From NCBI GenBank assembly GCA_965113315.1, contig OZ220368.1: a DNA stretch of 64,000 nucleotides. One strand, 5' to 3'. The position numbers and the translations under genes are program-made. Origin of the DNA: Podarcis vaucheri (Eukaryota). The notes beneath the pieces are model-generated. The model had not been told where the DNA came from. It searched no databases and saw nothing but the letters and a program-made list of their open reading frames with translations. How positions within the stretch are numbered: the first letter of the stretch is position 1; every line of letters starts with the position of its first letter. Positions 11,901 to 21,539 of this stretch are shown piece by piece.

Positions 11901-14900
11901 AAAGTTGTTTAGGCTGTGAACTGTCCTTAGATCTACGGGTATAGGGTGGCATGCAAATTTAATTAATAATAATAATATAACTACTTTGGCTGCAAAGGAA
12001 GATTCTTTGTTTGCACTTGCAGCTTTAATTCAAGATGGCAAAGGAAGGCTCAGGAGCAAACTCTTAAGTATGCCCTTATAATTTGGTACTTTTTGGATTT
12101 GGCACCTTTTCTCTGTCACTGTTCAGTCAGAAATGTTGAGCCCTCTTAATGCTCTTCTCTCATGATATACTGATTAAGCCAGGAACTCATAACCAGTGGC
12201 GTAGCGTGGGTTGTCAGCACCCGGGGCAAGGCAAGTAATTTGCGCCCCCTAACCTGTGGATTTGCACCCCCAACCCGTGGATTTGCACCCCCTAACCCTA
12301 ACCCCCAGATGTTGTGCCCGGTGCGGCCGGCCCCCCCTGCACCCCCCACGCTACGCCACTGCTCATAACACACCATTTCCTTGGTAATGCTCAGTGGTCT
12401 GCCTGATTTGTGTTCAGATTTCTGAGTCAATGGATCTCTAGCTTCTCTAATTATCTGTACTTGACCCAATAAATGCATTAGGTGGATACTGCAAGACTAA
12501 ATGGGTTTCTTTTGGCACTTAACAGGATGTTTGGAATGGTTTTAGAGAAAATCATAATACCAGAAATACAGAAAGTATCTGGGCAAGTAGAAAAGAAAAT
12601 CTGTGCCGTTGGTATCACAAAAATACTCACAGAATGCCCTCCTATGATGGACACAGAATACACAAAGCTGTGGTAAGTGCAGTTACTTCTTTGATAAAGT
12701 TTATTATTGAAAGGTAGAACTTCTAAGGATGAAGAAGAAATTCCTCTCTTAAAAAAAAGATTTCTATCTTACCCAGGGAATATGCTAGTTTTTGCTTAAA
12801 CAGTTGCAACAGAGATATTTGCCAAAGGAAGGAATCTCTCTGTTGGCCTCTCCCTCCCTCCATTGCTTCCATTCCTACTTCAAAAAAGATTTGAAATTGT
12901 GCTGGCCAAAATATGCTGTGCTGTTAGGAATAAGAGGATAAGAGTTCCAACTTGGGGGTGAGAATTCAGTCTTGCTGTGTCTGAAAGAATTTAGGGGATC
13001 AGTTTAGGGACAGTGTTTTCAGGATACAAATCTTGCAGAATATGTGTGTGTGAGGTCAGGAAGCACATGCAATTTAGCATAGTTCAGAGTAATGAAGTTT
13101 ACTAATGATATGTAACCAGAATATGTTACCGCATTATATGTTGTTAATATGGGCTTCTGGTCAGTATCAGTGGAGAAGACCTCAGCAGTTAAGCCCTCTG
13201 CTTGTTTTGTGTCCACCATTCACTGTCCCCACCTAGCACTTGAGAAGCAATAGGTTTGGTTGTATATTCCTCTTTTGAAAGTGGTTTTCCCATGCACCTC
13301 AGTCAGGGAGCAAAAGTATTAATAAGATATAAGTTCTCCTGTTCTAGATTAAGACAAACAACAACAACAACAACAACAACAATAATAATAAAAATAAAAA
13401 AATCCACATTGCCAAGTCAGGAGCAGGAGTGACTAGAGCTTGAATGCTTGTGTGAGCAGAAGGTGGGCTGGAGTGCAGCTGTCAATAAGAAGTGTTCCCG
13501 GCAGGAACCGTTCCAAATAAGTTGTTATTAGTTTTCCAATATTCCTCCAATAATAGCCAAATTATAACAATATCAATGAATTTGGCAGGAACAGTTCCAG
13601 GGGCATTTATACCAAGGCAGTGGTTATATTGTAGAGGAAATATGAATTATAAGGAAAACAAATAAATGTATGGAGCATAATGGAAACAAGAGCAAGTACA
13701 TTGTTTTCCTTGGACACCGTCCAAAATAGAAGAACAGCCAGAGTATGGACAGGCTTTTTCCAGTTTTTCTGAATGCTTGTGCCATTCCATTGCCAGTTTC
13801 TGCTCTGGCTCTGATAACTAGATCCAGGTAGTCCTCTGCCTAAGGAATATTCTGCTGCTGAAAATTGGCTGTTTTCTGTGGTGGTTTGAAATGGTTTGCT
13901 GTAACGTGTTGTTTTTGTGCTACGCCTTTAAGATTTTAATTTTCGTAAGTTGCTTAGATTCTTTTGCAACGAATAAGTCCATTAAATAAAAGGTTTTCTC
14001 CACAGGACACCCCTTCTTCAGGCCCTCATTGGTCTCTTTGAGTTGCCTGAAGATGATACCCTTCCTGACGAAGAACACTTCATTGATATAGAAGACACGC
14101 CAGGGTACCAAACTGCATTCTCCCAGCTTGCCTTTGCTGGGAAAAAAGAACACGACCCAGTGGGCCAAATTGTGAACAATCCTAAAATCCATCTTGCACA
14201 GTCTCTTCACAAGTTATCAACTGCGTGTCCAGGCAGAGTAAGACTGTGTGGCTGTAATCTAGTGTGTGTGTGTGTGTGTGGTGATATGAATGTGGGGAAT
14301 CGTTTCTCTCTCCTGAGTCTATTCTCTTATCCTAGAAAACGCAGTGTGTCAAAATTGGAAGATTCCTTTTTTGACTGCTATCTTGAATGAACGTGCTCAT
14401 AATCGCACTCTGTTGAGATCAGTTGTGCTGATTTTGTAGATGTGTTGGGGACTGGGGTGCCAGGCTTCTGCAAGAGCGTTTTCTAAAGCGTGCTTCACTT
14501 TCAGATTATCTGGTTCTGATATGGCTTAATTTGTCAAACTCTAGTCAGCAACTGGATGGTTACTTGGTTGTGGCATTGCTCCAAGCACCAACTCACCAGG
14601 TAGAAGGTGAAGAGGTGTGTTCATAACTTTCCACCTAGCTTCATGCTGGTTGGACTAACTGGATAACCACATACATGATTCCATCTTTTTCCCTTTCCTT
14701 GCATCCAAAGTTAACCTCCCACAGTCCTGGCAGCATGGTACTGCCCCCGCCCCCGTGGTTTGAGGGACTAGGGAGTTTTACAAGTGCCCTTGGTCCTTAT
14801 TGACTAGAAACAGATTCAGGCTGTGCTAGCTCTGCGCATTGTTTGCAGCGACGATACCAAAGTGTGTAGATGCAGGCAATAGCTTAAGTGCTGACTGCAA

Positions 14901-15160
14901 AACGAAGCTATAATATGAAAGTATACACTGAGATGCAGACAAGTCAATTAACGCTTTAGGATTTGGAGAAACTAAAATGTTAAAACACTACTGAATGCCT
15001 GCATGCTGATATGTTAAAGTACTGTAATTTAGATGCATATTAATAGTGCCACTCTATCTTGTGTTTAAAGGTTCCCTCGATGCTGAGTACTAGCCTGAAT
15101 GCAGAAGCTTTGAAATTTCTTCAAGGATACTTACAGGCTGCAAGTGTAACATTGCTCTGA
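1..15160 (+). CDS. CSE1L: Exportin-2 / CAS, 3' portion (17 coding exons; gene begins upstream of window)
   Basis: join(1..86,179..308,1540..1605,2689..2891,3868..3952,5187..5248,6245..6381,6756..6859,7107..7204,8136..8286,8700..8908,10109..10206,10375..10460,11274..11355,12526..12672,14006..14237,15071..15160). All introns GT-AG with consistent phases. Translation EFQPYLPRFVTAIWNLL...QGYLQAASVTLL* matches vertebrate CSE1L. Confidence 0.98.
179..308 (+). CDS. CSE1L: CSE1L exon: LVSNAIQFLASVCERPHY...VPNMEFR
   Basis: cccctcAG acceptor, GTAAAT donor; 92-bp upstream intron. Confidence 0.95.
530..670. mobile_element. Degenerate URR1-like hAT-Charlie MITE
   Basis: ccagctgttgttggactgcaactccc...gatgggagttg core shared with the intact copy at 54766. 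Confidence 0.6.
803..1046. mobile_element. Old MITE with imperfect TIRs (possibly PIF/Harbinger-like)
   Basis: Left gggttcatacataatgccaaa vs reverse complement of right end ggctgcttcagacataaaagccaaa. Confidence 0.35.
1540..1605 (+). CDS. CSE1L: CSE1L exon: AADEEAFEDNSEEYIRRDLEGS
   Basis: ctgcAG / GTAAGC; phase 1-1. Confidence 0.95.
2689..2891 (+). CDS. CSE1L: CSE1L exon: DIDTRRRAACDLVRGLC...ASKAQTQK
   Basis: ttgcAG / GTACTT; lies within ORF 2628..2924. Confidence 0.95.
3868..3952 (+). CDS. CSE1L: CSE1L exon: HGITQANELVNLTEFFVNHILPDLKSPN
   Basis: cctAG / GTATGC. Confidence 0.95.
4113..4444. mobile_element. Young non-autonomous hAT (Charlie-type) MITE, 332 bp
   Basis: Perfect 16-bp TIR CAGGGGTCTGCAACCT; perfect 8-bp TSD TTTTAGTG (4105-4112 / 4445-4452); CpGs intact. 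Confidence 0.92.
4822..4900 (+). mobile_element. Squam3-like SINE 3' tail fragment
   Basis: gacaatat...gtggaccagtgttctgac...ggcttcctgtgttc resembles the recalled squamate SINE tail. Confidence 0.45.
5187..5248 (+). CDS. CSE1L: CSE1L exon: VNEFPVLKADGIKYIMIFRNQ
   Basis: ggcAG / GTAAGT. Confidence 0.95.
6245..6381 (+). CDS. CSE1L: CSE1L exon: VPKEQLLVSIPLLINHLQAES...GANNTTL
   Basis: tgtAG / GTAAGT. Confidence 0.95.
6756..6859 (+). CDS. CSE1L: CSE1L exon: ITAAEMAPYTEMLLTNLFKALTLPGSSENEYIMK
   Basis: tacAG / GTAAGA. Confidence 0.95.
7107..7204 (+). CDS. CSE1L: CSE1L exon: AIMRSFSLLQEAIIPYIPSLITQLTQKLLAVSK
   Basis: tccAG / GTAAAA. Confidence 0.95.
8136..8286 (+). CDS. CSE1L: CSE1L exon: NPSKPHFNHYMFESIC...EILQNDVQ
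   Basis: tttAG / GTAAAA. Confidence 0.95.
8700..8908 (+). CDS. CSE1L: CSE1L exon: EFIPYVFQVMSLLLEM...ANAAADKI
   Basis: aacAG / GTATGT; lies within ORF 8618..8923. Confidence 0.95.
8946..8981. repeat. (TG)n microsatellite
   Basis: About 18 GT units just 3' of a CSE1L exon. Confidence 0.95.
10109..10206 (+). CDS. CSE1L: CSE1L exon: PGLLGVFQKLIASKLNDHQGFYLLNSIIEHMPP
   Basis: tacAG / GTGAGT. Confidence 0.95.
10375..10460 (+). CDS. CSE1L: CSE1L exon: ESIDQYRKQIFILLFQRLQNSKTTKFIK
   Basis: tctAG / GTAAGC. Confidence 0.95.
10581..10734. mobile_element. Tigger/pogo-like (Tc1-mariner) MITE, 154 bp
   Basis: TA|CAGTGGTATCTT ... AAGGTACCACTG|TA: TIRs plus TA TSD. Confidence 0.85.
10997..11210. mobile_element. 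Penelope-like retroelement remnant (inverted pseudo-LTR pair with 3' tail)
   Basis: 81-bp inverted arms (10997-11077 / 11082-11162, 2 mismatches); tail cagaccaacacagctacc; 13-bp TSD ACATATTAATACT (10984-10996 / 11211-11223). Confidence 0.85.
11078..11116 (+). ncRNA. Minimal type-I hammerhead ribozyme motif (Penelope-associated); mirror copy on - strand at about 11043-11081
   Basis: CTGAAGA-A-[GTGTG-CATG-CACAC]-GAA-AGCT-C: CUGANGA and GAAA boxes, stem II, palindromic stem III, UC cleavage site. Confidence 0.7.
11274..11355 (+). CDS. CSE1L: CSE1L exon: SFLVFINLYCVRYGAIALQEIFDSIQPK
   Basis: aatAG / GTTAGT. Confidence 0.93.
11441..11597 (-). mobile_element. MIR-like CORE-SINE
   Basis: ctcacaactaccctttgaagtgggt...gcccaaggccacccagtgagc...gggatttgaaccc (reverse Pol III B-box). 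Confidence 0.65.
12194..12361. mobile_element. hAT MITE (Tip100-like termini), 168 bp
   Basis: Perfect 17-bp TIR CAGTGGCGTAGCGTGGG; perfect 8-bp TSD CTCATAAC (12186-12193 / 12362-12369). Confidence 0.92.
12526..12672 (+). CDS. CSE1L: CSE1L exon: MFGMVLEKIIIPEIQKVSG...DTEYTKLW
   Basis: aacAG / GTAAGT. Confidence 0.95.
13356..13392. repeat. (AAC)n(AAT)n compound microsatellite
   Basis: Direct reading. Confidence 0.9.
14006..14237 (+). CDS. CSE1L: CSE1L exon: TPLLQALIGLFELPEDD...STACPGR
   Basis: cacAG / GTAAGA. Confidence 0.95.
15071..15160 (+). CDS. CSE1L: CSE1L last coding exon: VPSMLSTSLNAEALKFLQGYLQAASVTLL*
   Basis: taaAG acceptor; TGA at 15158-15160. Confidence 0.95.
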   Translation, partial: VPSMLSTSLNAEALKFLQGYLQAASVTLL

Positions 15161-15547
15161 CCTCTTTATTTTGAATGGGAGAATTTCAAAGTTGCATCAA
15201 GGAACGCTGATATTGACTGTTCTAAACAAAGCTCGGACAAGGTGAAACGAGTTGCTACTTCGAAAAACACATCACTGAATTACTGCTTGATACAGAAGCT
15301 GAATGATACTTTGTTCATGTGATCATAGGTAAAGAAGCAAGTGACTTTCCCATTCCCAGTTTGCTTTCAAAGGGAATAGTAATAGGAGTTTATCATTTGG
15401 GATTGATTGAAGTTCCACATCTGCAGTGTTTGGGTACCATTTTAAAATGTATAGAGTACTGGATGCAAACTCATGTTGTCACTTATTTTTTCCAGTTTAT
15501 TGTCATTTGTATTTCTTTTGTGTCTCAAAAAATTTATCTGAATTGTG

Positions 15548-15610
15548 AATAAATAAGCTCTTGTTTAAAGTATTTGTCTAGCAATATATATCTTACTGTG
15601 GTAGAATAAA
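15548..15610 (+). terminator. Candidate CSE1L polyadenylation signals
   Basis: AATAAA at 15548-15553 and 15605-15610, about 400-450 nt after the stop codon, in T/GT-rich context. Confidence 0.6.
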
Positions 15611-16582
15611 TTGTAGTTGTCTGCAAAGAAACTGTCACTTAGTCCCAGCAATACCCAGCACTTCTTAATTTGCTTTTCCACCTGAGCTTTACCTTAACAC
15701 TATTCATGACAAACATTAAAATTGTATTTGGAGAGGCACCTTCATAGCATTCTGACTCTTTAGTGTCTCAGTCATACTTGAACATCCCACCCATCTTTCA
15801 GGAAATGCATTGCTATGAAATATAGTGGAAAATAAATGTCTCAGATTTAATCCATGCAGGTGCTTCTTGTTAAGCAGTTGTGTTCAGCTGCATTTGGGAC
15901 TTGCTGGTATTCTTCAATTTCATATTTTAAACACTGAAATGCTGAGTCTTAATATTGGTTAGTGAAAGGTAACAAATGATTCTGGAGGAACTGCATCTTG
16001 CTGGAATTTTGTCTAGGGTTGTGTAATCACTGCTGTTAATATGTGGTATGAGTACCTAGGAGGCTTAAGGTTACAGATATTCAGAAATAAAGAAAATAAA
16101 AAGAGGCAATTTATTATCTCTTACTCTTATCTCAGATGTTTAACAAGACTGAAATGACCTTTACAAATTTAGTGCTATATAAATAGGAGTGATCTTCACA
16201 ATTGTATACAGCTTGAACTCCCTTAAAAATAATTACTATGCAACTTGAATATTCTAACCACCAGGCCCAGAAAACAGTCTTGAAGGCACATGATGCAGTT
16301 CTACTGCTGAAGGTCTGGGCCTCAGTACTGCATGAGTGTGTGACTACCTAAGAACCAAGTACAAACCATTTTCTGCAGCAAGAATAGGACACGAGCCAAT
16401 TCAAAAATCAAGTTGACAGTGAAATGTATACTGATTTCCTTTTTTAGTATGGACTCATGACCTGGGTGGGTGTGGGTGGGTGTGGGTGTGTGTGTGTAAC
16501 TCCAGAAATCCTGATGCAACACAGACAGTAGCAATGGGCCTTTAGATATGTTTTCATGTACCAATGTCTAAAGAACCTTCTA

Positions 16583-16979
16583 CAGTGGTGCCTCGCAAGA
16601 CGAAAAGAATTCGTTCTGTGATTCTCTTCGTCTAGCGGTTTTTTTCGTCTTGCGAAGCAAGCCCATTGAAGGATTAGCGGATTAGCGCTATTAGCGGCTT
16701 TTAGAGGCTTTTAGTGGCTTATCTGCTGATTGGATCAGCTGATAAGCGGCTTAGCGCTATTAGCGACTTATCTGCTGATCGGATCAGCTGATAAGCGGCT
16801 TAGCGGCTTAGAAAAAGGGGGGGGAAGGGGAAAAAAACCAGCAGGAACACGCAAGGCATTGTCGTCTTGCGAAGCAAGCCCATAGGAGATTCGTTTTGCG
16901 AAGCACCTCCAAAACGGAAAACTCTTTCGTCTAGCGAGTTTTCCGTCTTGCGAGGCATTCGTCTTGCGGGGCACCACTG
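16583..16979 (+). mobile_element. Tigger-like MITE family A, copy 1 (397 bp)
   Basis: TA|CAGTGGTGCCTCGCAAGACG ... CGTCTTGCGGGGCACCACTG|TA; internal TTAGCGG array. Confidence 0.93.
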
Positions 16980-18410
16980 TATTTTAAACTTAGGATAAGT
17001 TTGCACAAAAGCTTCTATTTACTGTATTTCAGTCACAATTTTCAAACACTTGTAGTTCCCAAGTGGCTCAAATAAGTAAGTAAGTAATGAGAAACCCTTG
17101 ACATCAGGCTTGCAAAATGAAAAAAACAACAGACTAGGAAAACATCGAGGAAGGAGATCAAGTTTTTCAAGGTCAGAACAAAGTGATGAGGTTTAAGAGG
17201 GTGTTTATATCCAGTTCAGGCCAGGCTGATCTTCCTTTGTTGGTGATAATGCTTAATAAGCAATTGGTGGTTTTTGTTCCTTTGACTGGTGGATGGGGCC
17301 AGAGTGTTCTTTCTCCTTGCATTTGCAGTCTTGGGGTGTAGCAGTCAGCTGGAGCTGAGTGTTCTTTCAGGCAGCAAGAAGAGAAGCGAGAGTTCCCTGG
17401 AGCTAACTCCTCCTCTGGATGGTTCCTGGTTGGTGCCACCATTCATTGCCTTTTCCTTCATGCTACCGCTAGAGGCAATGGGGTACAGCCTACCCTCTCT
17501 ATTCTGCTGATGGAAGCTTTTACTCATCACCCCAGGGATAACATTGGATGGAACCCCATGGTGCTGAAGAAAGCAAGCCAAGGAGAAAGTAGAACTGGGG
17601 CTCTGCTCTACCAGAAGGGGAAAGGAGGGCAGGCAGTGTTGGTTCTGGAGGGCAAGGTAGGAGGCGGTAGATGCAGACATGAGACTGATAGGAAGTCAGT
17701 CATTTGTTTTGTTGTACCATTTAACCTAGCAGCCCAAAGGGGGCAAAGAATTGAGTCAAAATGACAAGCAGGGATTTCCCAATTATTTGCCCCAAGCTCC
17801 GGTTCTAAGCAAAAACCGTCCACAAAGTTATCATGCTGTAAGAGGCAGAGAGATCACCTTTTAGGTTTCATATGTAATATACACTTGCATGTAATGCTAA
17901 CTCTGCCCATGTGCTGCTTTATTAGGGCTGTCACTAGATTAAATAAATGCTGGTTGATTAAACTTGCATAAGCATGAAATTAATAGTTTCTGGATCAGGC
18001 TACTGAGGAGGGCTTACTAATTTCAGTGGGGCTTTACAACCAAGCAATGCTGCAGAATTGCAGCTTATATGGAGATATTCCATGTGCTGATTGTCCTTTT
18101 TCCTCGCCAAGCCAACTCCTCAATACAGAGCAGCAATGCCTCCAAGCACATGGGATACCTTTTGAACATCTGTCCCTGTTCCGCTGCCCAAGAACAAAGG
18201 ATGGCAGGTACCAACCTTGGAATGTGGAGAGAGAAGGGGGAAATAACTTTTCTACAGTGATAGGAAGGGGGAAAGCCTTCAGTTGATTAAACTGCAGCTC
18301 TACTTCAGGGACTCATCTTTCATAAGCAAAACACATTTTTTAAAAATCTTCATTGTTTAGTTTTCGGGGCTGGCTCTACCATTAGGCAAAGGCCTAAGGC
18401 AGCAGATGCT

Positions 18411-18627
18411 TTGATTTCATTTGTAGTGTAACAATTACCATGGAAAATATGGATTGAAATAATAAGAGTTTGGAGAAGATGCAGTTTTAAATGATTAAAA
18501 TGGGACTCCAGTGAAGGGGTGGGGGGAAAGTCCTGAGATTCAGAGGAATCATATGGATATGTAATTGATTTTTTTAATATAATTTTGTACTGTTAAAACT
18601 AAATAAAAAGATTTTTTAAAAAGGGGG
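18411..18627 (+). mobile_element. 5'-truncated LINE (L1-like) 3' end
   Basis: G-rich tract, AATAAA at 18602, A-rich end; 14-bp TSD AGGCAGCAGATGCT (18397-18410 / 18628-18641). Confidence 0.75.
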
Positions 18628-19394
18628 AGGCAGCAGATGCTGGGGATGGTGGCAACAGCAGTAGCCCCCAACCCCAACTCTTCCTTTTGAGCCTAGATAG
18701 GATCAGGTTGCACATGTAATTTATTCATGAATAAATGTACGCCCCGCTCCCCCCAAAAGAAGGAAGAACACAGTGTGCCTATTCATAGGATATAGTCACC
18801 AACCTTTTTTAGGGTTGTTTTTTTTGGGGGGGGTAGTTTTGGGTCCCGTCCCCACTCTGAACATCTCTTTCCCCCCCTCTGAGGATCAGTCCATCCCATT
18901 GAAAGACTGGATTTCCCAAGTCAGATCCAGTATAGTTAATCAGCCTGGAAAAGTAGATAGAACTGAAAGAGGAAACCAGAAAAAGTGTCTCTTTGAACTT
19001 CCTCCTCCATCTCTATTCAAGGGAAGGAAAAGGTAACCAGCCTCATGACCAAGAGAGCAGGAAGTGCATTCAGGGGGTCAGAGGCTTAATGGATGCTAGG
19101 AGAAGACCTTAAAGGAACAATGTTGGCAGTCCATGGGACATATACCTTAAACTATATAATTCTCTGGCTCTATCTCAGTACTTTGGGGCAGCCAAATCTT
19201 TAGTCCTATGGGAAAAGAAGACAGGTGCAAAAGTAGTCTTGATGTTTGCTATACTTATTGATATGAAATTTTCATTTTAAGCCAATTTTGTGCCTTTTTT
19301 TGGCCGGGAGGGGGGTGCCATTTGCTACCCCACCTTAGGTAGGAAAACGTATCCATTCAGCCGTATTTTAGACTGTGAGCAGGGTGTTCTAGAC

Positions 19395-19695
19395 TGGTGA
19401 CTGGAAGCAGCCGCCAAGACCATATAACACTGGTCCTGAAAGACCTACATTGGCTCCCAGTATGTTTCCGAGCACAATTCAAAGTGTTGGTGCTGACCTT
19501 TAAAGCCCTAAATGGCCTGGGCCCGTATACCTGAAGGAGCGTCTACACCCCCATTGTTCAGCCCAGAGATCCAGCTCCAAGGGCCTTCTGGAGGTTCCCA
19601 CACTATGAGAAGTGAAGCTACAGGGAACCAGGCAGGGAGCCTTCTTGGTAGTGGCACTCATCCTGTGGAACGCCCCTCCCACCAAATGTTAAGAA
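19395..19695 (+). mobile_element. L2 LINE ORF2 C-terminal fragment
   Basis: Translates RLVTGSSRQDHITLVLKDLHWLPVCFRAQFKVLVLTFKALNGLGP (L2 HITP..LHWLP motif). Confidence 0.85.
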
Positions 19696-20204
19696 CATGA
19701 GTAATTATATAAGGTTAGGTTGCTGAAATGAAAACTAAGAAAGTGGACTGTGTGTGTGTGTGTGTGTAAGGACTTTTGAATTCAGGTTGGTTCTGGTACT
19801 AAAAACAAATCCCTAGGCTAGGCTCAGAGGCAACTCTCCTCTTTAATTCCAATGTGTTTCTTTTGTGCCTGGTTTTGACTGGTCGCGGTTCCAGGAGAAA
19901 AGCAGCAAAGTAGATTTGACAAGCCTGAAATTCGCCCACTCCTGTACAGTGCTAAAAAGTCCGTTCTGCTTAAAGGAATGTCTGAAATAACACAGCTAGA
20001 ATGCGTGGGGCAGGTTTTGCGGCAGTCTCTACCGCCAATCATGTTCTCAGCTAACACTATTAGGACATGCGGCAGCGCGCAGCCTGTAAGCTCTCGCCCA
20101 CTCATTTGCCACATAAGCACTTTGCGGAAGCTCCTTGGGGGGCCGACTTGCTTTAAATAGAGCAGCATGCTTGGCTCAGCGGCTTCCAGTACTACTGCGT
20201 AAAA

Positions 20205-20223
20205 GACTACAATACCCAGCACC
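20205..20223 (+). promoter_or_regulatory. ZNF143/THAP11-type SBS motif in upstream CpG-enriched patch
   Basis: GACTACAATACCCAGCACC vs consensus ACTACAnnTCCCAGCATGC. Confidence 0.5.
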
Positions 20224-20608
20224 CACAGTTACTTTCTCAAGTTTTAGTCGGAGCTTGACGGAAAGGAGGCACTAAAAACCCCTAGGAGTCAGAAAAAACA
20301 TGCAGCGAATGCTGTCATCTTCCAGTCCGTTCCATAGATAAGGCTGCAATTGCAAACTCTGTATTGCTTGAAGGAGTGGTGCGAGAGCTTTTGATCTAGC
20401 TTAATTAGAAAATTAATTAGAAAATTAGAAAACTATCTCCCCCCACCCGGAATCTTGCGTTCCCAGAGCGAAAGTGATCTCTTACTGATCTGGAGGTCAA
20501 ATCTGATGATTCAGGCCACAGTTTCAAAAAGGAGAGGATTTTATGGCGCTGCAATTCATTCACTTTTATGATTCAGGAAGAGTACGCGAAATGAAGCAAC
20601 CTTTAAGC

Positions 20609-20751
20609 CTGAGATGGTAAAGCGGCGCCCCTCTAGGTACTCTTGGACTCCAACTCCCATCAGCCCCAGCCAGCATGGTCAATGATCAGGGATGAAAGGA
20701 GTTATGGGTCAACAACGTCTGGGAGAGGGGGGCACCGGGTCCCCACGCCTG
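20609..20751. mobile_element. Degenerate URR1-like hAT MITE upstream of STAU1 promoter
   Basis: ggactccaactcccatcagc core; near-TSD CTTTAAGC / CTTTATGC. Confidence 0.7.
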
Positions 20752-21336
20752 CTTTATGCAAAGAAGCACAATACGTATCTGCGAACCTGTTGGTCGGTGC
20801 CCTAGCATTCAATAAAAGAAGGACGTGGGTTCTACTTAGAGCAAAACTGGGATTCCAGAGAAATAATTCCTATCTCAAATAATGGTTGTTTATTAAGGAA
20901 TCCTGCCATCCAGTTTCTTCATTCGCCCAAAACTTAACCGCGAAATAACAGATACCAATATTATACAATGCTGGGCTGTCCCCTCTGTTTCCTTCCCCGC
21001 CCTAAATCTACTCCAGACTCCGAAAACAGTTCATTCAGCTCGTTGCACCCGCTTTCTTTAATAGGAACGGAACACAGGGTGCAATTCTGCGTAAGCAAAG
21101 CCTCGCCCTTCACTGGTCTTCTCAGCTGAGAAAGAAAAACAAGCGTGTCCACCTCCCGCGAGGGCCAACCTTGGGGACCCGACAGGAATAGTTTCCTCCC
21201 AGCTCACACGCCCCGCATTCCCCGCTGCCCCACTACCTCCCTCCCCGCGTCCTCCGGCGCGGCTGCGGCCGGGAGTCCCAGGGTTTCTGGTTGGAAAGCG
21301 CGTGGCGGCAGAGCTGTCACTTCCCCTGCGAGCGCA

Positions 21337-21458
21337 GCATGCTGGGAAATGTAGTCTCGCCTCCTTCGCAAAGCGGAAGGGAGGGAAAGCGAGAGCGAGC
21401 TGGAGACTCCGACGGGCCGCCTAAGTGACAGCCGCGGGGCATGCCGGGAGGAGTAGTC
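21337..21458 (-). promoter_or_regulatory. Two ZNF143 (Staf)/THAP11 SBS motifs
   Basis: Reverse complements GACTACATTTCCCAGCATGC (21337-21356) and GACTACTCCTCCCGGCATGC (21439-21458). Confidence 0.8.
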
Positions 21459-21539
21459 CCGCCGGCCGGAGAAGCCGGGATTGGCGGCGCGCTCCGCGCT
21501 GGGCGGCGCTATAAATAGCTGCGAGAGGCCTGGTTGGCT

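Noticed and set aside
11844-12060. Imperfect local duplication (GCTTTAATTCAAGRTGGCAAA...CAGGAGCAA) around a LINE tail
   Set aside because: Likely an old duplication linked to the insertion; too degenerate to support a function.
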